Origin: an uncultured Bacteroidales bacterium
GTDB lineage: Bacteria > Bacteroidota > Bacteroidia > Bacteroidales > UBA932
Direction of reading: 5' to 3'
Assembly: GCA_944322815.1 (NCBI GenBank)
Contig: CALUQB010000009.1
Span: 12,027 to 76,026 of the forward strand
Length of the DNA stretch: 64,000 nucleotides
A program made the translations under genes and the position numbers. The notes below the pieces were generated by a model. It saw only the letters and a list, made by a program, of their open reading frames with translations. It was not told where the DNA came from and did not search any database. Positions 49,088-57,138 of the stretch are shown here, piece by piece (the stretch's first letter is position 1; each line of letters starts with the position of its first letter).

Positions 49088-49220
49088 GATGAGAGAGGGT
49101 GGGTCAAAAGGTGGAATTTTAAGGCCTGCGAAGATGAGAAAACCGCAGTGTACTGGCGTACATGAGGATTTTCGAATCAAGTATAACGCAGAAAGTACCC
49201 TTTTGACTCACCCTCTCATC
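49088..49220. mobile_element. MITE/REP-like element with terminal inverted repeats
   Basis: GATGAGAGAGGGTGGGTCAAAAG (49088-49110) versus CTTTTGACTCACCCTCTCATC (49200-49220); internal palindrome TGTAC-TGGC-GTACA. Confidence 0.65.
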
Positions 49221-49226
49221 AATAAA

Positions 49227-51239
49227 TTATTCTGCCGGTTTTACAATGCCTTTTTTGTCAAAGCTGAGCTTGGCTGGAGTCTCGCGCACGTCATCTTTCG
49301 CATATGTGATGGTCCACGTCTCCTGATTCATCAGATTCCAGAGTTCGTCCTCTGTCATAGGCGCGGCATAGCGGATCCTGATGGCCGGCACCAGATCGTC
49401 ATTCAGGACGAGATAGATTCCGATGATGTTCTCATTGTGGGACAGATGATTGCTCAGATACGGCATATTCCTGAGGATGATCGGTTTCTCATAGTCAGGA
49501 TCGGCGATTTCGTAAATATATTGCGGCTGGTCCGCAAACTTTTCCACACGTGCCCTGAATTCGGCCTTGAACGGATTGAAGAGCATCCGTATCAGGTCTT
49601 CGGTCGGGATATAGCTGACGCTATCTTCCAGGTCCACGAATTCGAAATCCACTTCGGTATCCTTCGTTCCGCCGCCATGGACAGGCATGGACAGGACCTT
49701 CATCTCCACGATGTTCCTGAACCAGTCGCGGTCCGGGTTCTCTGAAGGGTCCATATACACATGCACGATGAGAGGACAGGCGAATTCCGATGTAAGTCCG
49801 TATATCTTCTTGCCGGACAGTCTCATCTGGAGGCCGAGGTAATTCAGATCAAGCTTGTCGTACATCTTCTCTGTCCTGATGGTCATGACCTTCACGCTGT
49901 CCACGGCTGCAGGATCAGGAGTGTTCACACGGAATTTCGAAGGTACGTAGATACTCTCCTGTATCTGTTCCGCAGTGATTTTCGCAGGATCGTAAGTGAT
50001 GATCACATAATGATGGTTCACGAATGTCTTCACTCCGTGCACGCCTGGAATCTTTTCGAGTTTGGCCTTGAACGCCATGGAGCTTCCATAGCATTTCACA
50101 GAACGGAGGCCGTCTATCCTTAATTCGGTCAGGGACTCCGGGTCTATGAGCTGCGTCACGGTACCGTCCTCGGCTATGGATTCGATGCCCCAGGTCTCGT
50201 CGATGGTAGGAAGTTCGAACTTGTTCCCTATCCACATGCCCAGAATGACCAGAAGCACGGCGATGAGAGCCGGAAGATATTTTCCGAAACCGGATCTGTT
50301 CTTCTGGCATACTCCGATATGAAGGGCCCCGGTAGGACATGCCGCCACACATTCGCCGCAGAGAGTACAATCCACTGAATTCAGTCTGCCGCCGCTGAGA
50401 TCATCCACATCGATACCGTAAGGACAGTTCTTGTTGCAGATGCCGCAATGCGTACATGAGCCGGCAGTCTTGATGACATTAAGTATCTGATATTTCGGTT
50501 TCCTGTTCAGGATTTCAAGCAGATATCCGACTATGCAGAAAAGCGCCAGAAGCACCCACCAAGGGATATTCGCACCCAGCAGGTCCAGCACCCACCAGAG
50601 ACCGAAGAGGACGATGATCCATATCCAGAACTTGAGGGAGTTGGAAACGGCCCCGAGCGGACAGAGATATTTGCACCAGAACATGTTTATGAACAGGCCG
50701 CCGAGAATCAGCATGCAGACGGTCACTATGGACATCCATAGAGTGATTTCTCCCTGGAATCCGGTAGCTACGGCATAATACGGGTCCAGATTCTTGCAGA
50801 AAAGTTCGCTGGCCGTAGCTGTCATGTAGAAAATCCAGAATACCAGTCCGTATTTTATGATTCTCAGGACAGAGTCGGCTACAGAACCGTTTCTGACGGT
50901 GACACCTCTTATGTTCAAGGACTTGCGTATTTTCATCAACAGATCCTGTACTGTTCCCAGCGGACAGAGATAGCCGCAGAAAAGTTTGCTGAACAGGACG
51001 ACGGCAGCAGCCAGCATTATCCCCATCATGATCTGCAGGGAACTCATGCTGCACGGCAGGGAGCCGTTCACGAAATAAGTGGTCAGGGCCTGCAGGCCGC
51101 CTACAGGACAGTAGGCCTCAGGGTCAGCCGGTTCCTTGCCCGGAATGATTCCTGTCAGGAACAATACCAGAGCCGCAAGCACTCCCCACTGGAGGAGGTA
51201 TTTCGGCCAATTCTTGATAATGGTGGATTTTTTTGCCAT
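49227..51239 (-). CDS. Membrane polyferredoxin (NapH/MauN-like) with extracytoplasmic HMA-like domains
   Basis: FCGYLCP, WCKYLCP, CTHCGICNKNCP, CTLCGECVAACP; a further TM segment, then a domain with KCYGSS. Confidence 0.85.
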   Translation of the reverse strand: MAKKSTIIKNWPKYLLQWGVLAALVLFLTGIIPGKEPADPEAYCPVGGLQALTTYFVNGSLPCSMSSLQIMMGIMLAAAVVLFSKLFCGYLCPLGTVQDLLMKIRKSLNIRGVTVRNGSVADSVLRIIKYGLVFWIFYMTATASELFCKNLDPYYAVATGFQGEITLWMSIVTVCMLILGGLFINMFWCKYLCPLGAVSNSLKFWIWIIVLFGLWWVLDLLGANIPWWVLLALFCIVGYLLEILNRKPKYQILNVIKTAGSCTHCGICNKNCPYGIDVDDLSGGRLNSVDCTLCGECVAACPTGALHIGVCQKNRSGFGKYLPALIAVLLVILGMWIGNKFELPTIDETWGIESIAEDGTVTQLIDPESLTELRIDGLRSVKCYGSSMAFKAKLEKIPGVHGVKTFVNHHYVIITYDPAKITAEQIQESIYVPSKFRVNTPDPAAVDSVKVMTIRTEKMYDKLDLNYLGLQMRLSGKKIYGLTSEFACPLIVHVYMDPSENPDRDWFRNIVEMKVLSMPVHGGGTKDTEVDFEFVDLEDSVSYIPTEDLIRMLFNPFKAEFRARVEKFADQPQYIYEIADPDYEKPIILRNMPYLSNHLSHNENIIGIYLVLNDDLVPAIRIRYAAPMTEDELWNLMNQETWTITYAKDDVRETPAKLSFDKKGIVKPAE

Positions 51240-51309
51240 AATCTGATATCTTTAAATTGTTGTTTGTCTTGTCACTCGGAATAAGGATTCCTGCAAAAAG
51301 GAGGAACTG

Positions 51310-54150
51310 TCATTCTTCCCGGTATATCGCCACGAACCTGTCACCTTCCGCCAGCCTGGCAGCGAATTTCCGGACATCGGCAGCCGAAACCTTGTTCACT
51401 GTCCCGGCGTAATCATAGCCGGAACTGACTTCGTATCTCACGAAATCGCACGCTTCCGTATTTCTCGCACGCAGGGAGTTGGCATCGCGGGCCGCCTTTT
51501 CTCCATGATGCTTCACCAGATACTTCTTCGCCTCATCGAGTTCCCGGTCCGTAGGGCCTTCCGAAGCCATGGCAGCCATCACATCCTCCACGTCAGCGAC
51601 CAGAATATCCGTCATTTCCGGACGGGTCTGGAAATACACTGTGGATTCGAATACTCCGCCGTCAGCATAATCCAGTTCCGTACTGAAACTCACATGATAT
51701 GTACCGCCCCGGACTTCCCTGATCTGCTTCATATATCTGGCGGACATGATATAATCCATGATTTCCACACAGGCCATATCTTCCGGCTTCAGGCGGATTT
51801 TTCCCTTGAAACTGTATGTCACCTCGCTCTTAGGCACGGTCTCCACATCATAGCTGCGGTCGAGGACAGTACGTCCCTTGTAAACCGGCTGCGGGATTTC
51901 AGTGTCGGACATTGCAGCCTCTGCGCCTGACGGCAATGACGCGATGTATTTCTCCACGAAAGATATGATTCCAGACCTGTCCATGTCGCTGGAAACATAT
52001 ACGGTCATGCGGCTGCAGTCACCGAAACTGCGTGCGAATATCTTTTTCACGAAATCCATATCCACAGCCTCGACTGCCGTGCTGTCAAAACCCGCCATCC
52101 ACGGATGCGAACCATATCTGACATCTTTCTCCAGCTCTTCGAACCTGTCAGCGGAAGTGCTCTTTCCAAGCGACCTGAGAGTACTCTGTTTCGTTTTCCC
52201 TAGAGCCGCATCAGTGGAAAAATACGGATCAGTAAGGATACCGTAAAGCATTCCGAACCCTTTCTCCATGCTTTTTCTGTCGGTATTCACAGACAGTGTC
52301 GAAAATCTCCTGTCTATGGACGAGGTGACATTCAGACCGGAACACTCCGGGCTGTTCTTCAAGGCCGTATAGTCATGGCCGGAAAAACCGAGAGAACGGC
52401 CTATGTAGCCTGCCGCGAATTTGGCAGAGGATATACTGTCCTGAGGCAGGGCATTGTATCCGGTATCGGAAAAGAGCCTTATATCCAAATGGACATTGGA
52501 GCTGACAGGCTCCGACGGGGTCCAGACGACCCTGACGCCATTGGACAGAGTCCACAATTCACTGGAAGTGCCTTTTACCGGCGATATTTCCGATATTGCC
52601 CCGGGTACGGGGTCAAAACCGAAATCTATCTTCTCGAATTCGAGATATTCGGGACGGATATCCGAAGCCGCGGTCCGGGCGATGATTTCACGCATCCTGT
52701 CCGGTGTAGGAATCAAGTCTTCCTCGCTCTCGTTCATACACCATGAATAGATTTTCTCGCTGTCCCCGAACATTTTCCGTTCATAGCCTTTCACGTCTTC
52801 CATGGTCATGTCGGCAAGTATCATCTTCTGCGCCTGCTTCATGTCATACGGATTCGCGGCGGAGAAACCTCTGAGGAAATTCTCCTTGCACACCTCCACG
52901 ATCTCACGGTCAGTGACTTCCGAAGGGAAATATTCCATATTCAGGCGGTATTTCTTCATTACCTGAGACCTGGCTGCCTCGAATTCATCTTCGGTGAAGC
53001 CGTACCTGAGCATCCGTTCCGTTTCTTCGGTGTAGAACTCAAGGGCTTCCTCCAGATTTTCAGGACCTTTCACCGAAAGAGTGAAAAGCGAGATGTAGAA
53101 ATCGTCGCTGTACGGGCTGGTAACCAGCACTGCGGAAGAAAGCGGACTTCCTGATTTCCGGCTGTGTTCCCTCATCCTGTCGCCCAGAATATACGTCACT
53201 ATCTGTCTGGCATACAGATCCTTGTAGTACGCATCCGTATTCCGCAGCCCTTCCGGCGGGAAAGGCTGTCTGTGGATGACCTTCAACACATGGTAGCTGA
53301 CCTGCGGGTCGAGCATGTTCTCGAAAAGGGGCTCCTGCAGAGACGGAATACCATACACTCCTTTCGGCTCCGGATTTTCCCGTGCAGGTATGTCGGAGAA
53401 CATGTCGCGGACCTTCGTCTCCATCTGCCCCGCATCGAAGTCCCCGACCACGACTATGGCCTGAAGGTCAGGCCGATACCACCTGTGGTAAAAATCCAGT
53501 ATCTCGTGAGGCTTGAATCCGTTTATGACCTCCAGCGTACCTATGACACTCCTCTGCGCATGCTTCGAACCTTTGTACACCAGCTCGTTCTGCTTCGCGC
53601 TCATCCTCAGGCGAGGTTCGTCTTTTCTGCGCCATTCTTCACTGATCACTCCCCTTTCCGCATCAAGAGCCTCAGGCTCGCAGGATATGTCGCACGACCA
53701 GTCGTGCAATACCATCAGCACCGAGTCCACGAAAGATTCGCGTACAAGCGGCACTGAGGAAATGTTATAGACTGTCTCTGTCCTGTTCGTATATGCGTTC
53801 ACATTGTAGCCGAAACGGACTCCGTCCTTCGCCAGGAAATTCAGGATTTCCTGGTCCGGATAATGGCGCGTACCGTTGAACGCCATGTGTTCCAGAAAAT
53901 GGGCGAGACCGTTCTGGTTGTCCTCCTCCTGGAGGGAGCCGACATTGTGGACGATATAGAAGTCTGCACAGCCTGCAGGATTTTCATTGTGCCGAATATA
54001 ATATGTCAGGCCGTTCTCCAGACGGCCCTTGATCAGTTCCGGGTCATCGGGGATGACTGTCTGTGCCCGTCCCGTGACGGGCAATACTGCCATAAGGAAA
54101 ACTATCGCCGATATTATTTCTGTCACTCTTTTCATACCTGTGAAATTCAA
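51310..54150 (-). CDS. M16-family zinc protease (PqqL-like), signal peptide
   Basis: HFLEHMAFNG inverzincin motif, NAYT, ERGVISEE; four-domain length; start 54150 or 54135. Confidence 0.95.
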   Translation of the reverse strand: MNFTGMKRVTEIISAIVFLMAVLPVTGRAQTVIPDDPELIKGRLENGLTYYIRHNENPAGCADFYIVHNVGSLQEEDNQNGLAHFLEHMAFNGTRHYPDQEILNFLAKDGVRFGYNVNAYTNRTETVYNISSVPLVRESFVDSVLMVLHDWSCDISCEPEALDAERGVISEEWRRKDEPRLRMSAKQNELVYKGSKHAQRSVIGTLEVINGFKPHEILDFYHRWYRPDLQAIVVVGDFDAGQMETKVRDMFSDIPARENPEPKGVYGIPSLQEPLFENMLDPQVSYHVLKVIHRQPFPPEGLRNTDAYYKDLYARQIVTYILGDRMREHSRKSGSPLSSAVLVTSPYSDDFYISLFTLSVKGPENLEEALEFYTEETERMLRYGFTEDEFEAARSQVMKKYRLNMEYFPSEVTDREIVEVCKENFLRGFSAANPYDMKQAQKMILADMTMEDVKGYERKMFGDSEKIYSWCMNESEEDLIPTPDRMREIIARTAASDIRPEYLEFEKIDFGFDPVPGAISEISPVKGTSSELWTLSNGVRVVWTPSEPVSSNVHLDIRLFSDTGYNALPQDSISSAKFAAGYIGRSLGFSGHDYTALKNSPECSGLNVTSSIDRRFSTLSVNTDRKSMEKGFGMLYGILTDPYFSTDAALGKTKQSTLRSLGKSTSADRFEELEKDVRYGSHPWMAGFDSTAVEAVDMDFVKKIFARSFGDCSRMTVYVSSDMDRSGIISFVEKYIASLPSGAEAAMSDTEIPQPVYKGRTVLDRSYDVETVPKSEVTYSFKGKIRLKPEDMACVEIMDYIMSARYMKQIREVRGGTYHVSFSTELDYADGGVFESTVYFQTRPEMTDILVADVEDVMAAMASEGPTDRELDEAKKYLVKHHGEKAARDANSLRARNTEACDFVRYEVSSGYDYAGTVNKVSAADVRKFAARLAEGDRFVAIYREE

Positions 54151-54160
54151 TGTTATCTGA

Positions 54161-55771
54161 TCAGAACGCGCAGCCGATGGTGACTGTGAAAATATTCCTC
54201 CATCCGTCTGCGAGGAATTCAGGTTTTTTCAGGGTATGGTTATAGGTATCTTTCACATCAATGTAGGCCGAGAATTTGTCTCCGAACAGTCTCGTGTATC
54301 TGAAAGACAGAGTCCCGGCGACCCTGGCAGCCGTATCGTACTCGAAGTCCCTGTAGAGATAGCTGTCGACAGTCCTGTGGCTGTCGGATGCACTTGCGGT
54401 GTATGTGCCGTCCTCATTCCTGATGCCGGAGCCGGCATATCCGTCAGCCGCCAGGCCGGCTGTGAAAATATTCTTCCCTGCAATGAAATTTCTCTGCCCG
54501 TACAGGCGGATATTTATCGCAGTAAGGCTCCTGTCACGATAGAAAGGATAATATGTGGCTCTGGAAATGCTGTATTCGCCTGCAGCGGACACACCGTATT
54601 CCCATTCAGGGCGGAACCGGCTGATACCAAGATATCCGGTATACGCCAGCCGGCCAGCGAAAGTATGTTTCTTCAATATCTCGTTCTGGCCGAAATATTC
54701 GACAATGGTGCTTCCTCCGGGGACGGTGGTCCTTCTGTAGATATTTTCATAGTTTTTCAGCCCTGAATATTCCGCCGACAAAGATACCCGGTGCAGGATT
54801 CCTGCCTTATGAATGTCCAGACTGCCGTCATATTTGGCCGAATGGCCGCCGAATTCACAATATATGGCCGAACCGGGAGCCTTTTCTCCATAGTGGCCCG
54901 TCCTGTACCTGTAAGAAAGTTCGTTAAAGAAAAGGATATCATCCCTGTCTCCGAAAGCAAGCTGCAATGCACCGCCGTAAAAGCTGTTCACCATAGGTCT
55001 GCCTGGAGATGTGGTCTTGATATATCCCAATGTACCCTCGAGACCTTCGACAGTCCCGAAATACCCTCCGTAATCCACAAATGTATAATACTGTCGGTCG
55101 GTAGTTCCGAATATATTGCAGTCCAGATCTTCGGTCGTACGCCTGTACAGGAAATTCAAGCCTGCCGAAAAGTCATCCGATGCGGCCAGAGCAACCCCTG
55201 CAGAAATACCGAGATCCATCCATCTGCTTCTCGGACGCGGGTCCTTTCGCTTAGCATAGTCGCCTGCCTCATAAGAAATCTCTGCACCGATGGTCCATCT
55301 CCCGTCCAGTCTGTAAGACATCCCTCCCAGCAGGGAATAAAGTTCCTTGACTTTCGTGCCTGGATTGTCTTCCGAATTTTCCAGGAAATTTATAGGATTG
55401 TAGGACGGATCCATCAGATAATGCCCTCCCATGTTCCGGCCGGAAAAATATGAGTAGGAAAGAGCGCCATGAAAAGCGATCCTGTCCGATATTCTGACAA
55501 AGGATTCCGTCCCGGCTCCGGCCTGCCAGCTGTTATCCGAGCCCTCTACGGGAATCAGGCCTCCGTCTTCCTTGTCGAAAAATGCCTCTACGAAAGATGT
55601 CCTGCCTACCTGCAGAGTGTTGAGACCTGCGGCGTTGGTACTTGTCAGCCATGGATTCGACGTCTTTATGAAGTCGAAATCATAAACGTTTTTCTGCATA
55701 TTCCGGCCTTCCGCCCTGAAAGCAAGGGCGAGCAGAAACAGAAGCGGTATGTATATTTTCAATCTGTACAT
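54161..55771 (-). CDS. DUF6850-like outer-membrane beta-barrel
   Basis: Signal peptide, NPWLTSTNAAGL, KRKDPRP, C-terminal Phe; follows DUF4876. Confidence 0.75.
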   Translation of the reverse strand: MYRLKIYIPLLFLLALAFRAEGRNMQKNVYDFDFIKTSNPWLTSTNAAGLNTLQVGRTSFVEAFFDKEDGGLIPVEGSDNSWQAGAGTESFVRISDRIAFHGALSYSYFSGRNMGGHYLMDPSYNPINFLENSEDNPGTKVKELYSLLGGMSYRLDGRWTIGAEISYEAGDYAKRKDPRPRSRWMDLGISAGVALAASDDFSAGLNFLYRRTTEDLDCNIFGTTDRQYYTFVDYGGYFGTVEGLEGTLGYIKTTSPGRPMVNSFYGGALQLAFGDRDDILFFNELSYRYRTGHYGEKAPGSAIYCEFGGHSAKYDGSLDIHKAGILHRVSLSAEYSGLKNYENIYRRTTVPGGSTIVEYFGQNEILKKHTFAGRLAYTGYLGISRFRPEWEYGVSAAGEYSISRATYYPFYRDRSLTAINIRLYGQRNFIAGKNIFTAGLAADGYAGSGIRNEDGTYTASASDSHRTVDSYLYRDFEYDTAARVAGTLSFRYTRLFGDKFSAYIDVKDTYNHTLKKPEFLADGWRNIFTVTIGCAF

Positions 55772-55796
55772 GGTAATCTTTTTAATCTGTCAGGTA

Positions 55797-57110
55797 TCAG
55801 TCCTTCAACGATGAGATTCTCCGCTGATGGAAATCCGCGGAAGAATTGTTGGTCTCCATATAGACGATATGTGCACCGTTTGCGATGGATGCCTCCGCAT
55901 CTATGCCGGACGGGTCCGTAGAACCGTATGCATGGTCTGTCCCGTCAGTTCCTCCCGCATAACCGTACACGAGTCTGCCTTCGTTTTCAGGGAGAGCCTC
56001 CGTAGCCTCCTTATCCACATTGCGGTAAAGGGTGTAGCCTCTGTCTGAAGTATGATATATGTAGCCGGCATCTATGTCTGAAGTAAAGCGTTTGCTGTTG
56101 CTGCTTTCATAGCCTCCACGGAACACCTCTATACCGTCCAGGACCCATGACCTGTCCACTTTCACGACAGGAAGTTCCGCACTTTCGGTACGGTCATAAT
56201 TGACATCGTTCTTTGTATACTCTTCGATGTCGGAATACTCCAGGATATAAAAGGCCGGGCTGGTGTTGGAAACAGGCCATGCATTGCCCTTGCCGTACAG
56301 GAATGTCTGAAGATAGTGAGACGGCTCTATGTTGTCGGAAGGATTCGGATACATATTCTGGCTGTATTTGTCCCCGAAGGCTTCCGGGTCATACATGGCA
56401 TAGTATTCCGGCCGGCTCAGGTCTACCGACTGGCTGTATGTAGCAGTATGATCTATGGCACCGTTGATAGCCACCACGATCTGCGAATACGGAGGAATGA
56501 CCACTTCCGTCTCAAACCACCATATATTCCATCCTGCCGGAATCCATCCTTCGGAATCATATAGCAACTGCCCGTCCTTGAGCCATCTGTTGCTGGCATT
56601 GCTGTTTGCAGGGGTGACGAAAGCGAAGCCGACATCGCCGGCATCCACGTCCGTATCGCTGTTGTTATACAGAATGACATATTTGTCATAGTTATACGCA
56701 CCGCTGCCGTCATCTTTCTGGCATCCGCCTATGTACAGTTCCTTTATGATCAGAGCCTTCGGCTTTACTTTCATAAGCTCCAGTTCCATCCGCCCGTCAT
56801 CACCGGATGCGATGGTGACCGATGCATTGAGATTGTATATGTAATCATCCGTCTTGAATGAAGCGCTTACGGTATACAGTCCGGGAAGCAGGGAAAATGA
56901 CGCCACGCCTGCCTCGGTTTCCGCTTCATACGAAACGGAGTTGTTCGATGTGGAGACAGATACGGTGATACCGTCTTCGGAATAGATTTCCCCGTCGCTC
57001 ATCAATACGAAATCCACGTTCACAGGCGGTATGCTGGAAGACAAGTCACACGAGAAAACCGCTCCTGAAAGTATAAGGCTTATAAACAATATATATTTTC
57101 TCATCATCAT
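55797..57110 (-). CDS. DUF4876 lipoprotein
   Basis: Lipobox VFSC; LIIKELYIGG, DKYVILYNN, AINGAIDH, ETNNSSADF. Confidence 0.85.
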   Translation of the reverse strand: MMMRKYILFISLILSGAVFSCDLSSSIPPVNVDFVLMSDGEIYSEDGITVSVSTSNNSVSYEAETEAGVASFSLLPGLYTVSASFKTDDYIYNLNASVTIASGDDGRMELELMKVKPKALIIKELYIGGCQKDDGSGAYNYDKYVILYNNSDTDVDAGDVGFAFVTPANSNASNRWLKDGQLLYDSEGWIPAGWNIWWFETEVVIPPYSQIVVAINGAIDHTATYSQSVDLSRPEYYAMYDPEAFGDKYSQNMYPNPSDNIEPSHYLQTFLYGKGNAWPVSNTSPAFYILEYSDIEEYTKNDVNYDRTESAELPVVKVDRSWVLDGIEVFRGGYESSNSKRFTSDIDAGYIYHTSDRGYTLYRNVDKEATEALPENEGRLVYGYAGGTDGTDHAYGSTDPSGIDAEASIANGAHIVYMETNNSSADFHQRRISSLKD

Positions 57111-57138
57111 ATGCCGTTTGAAATTTCTGCAGTCATCG

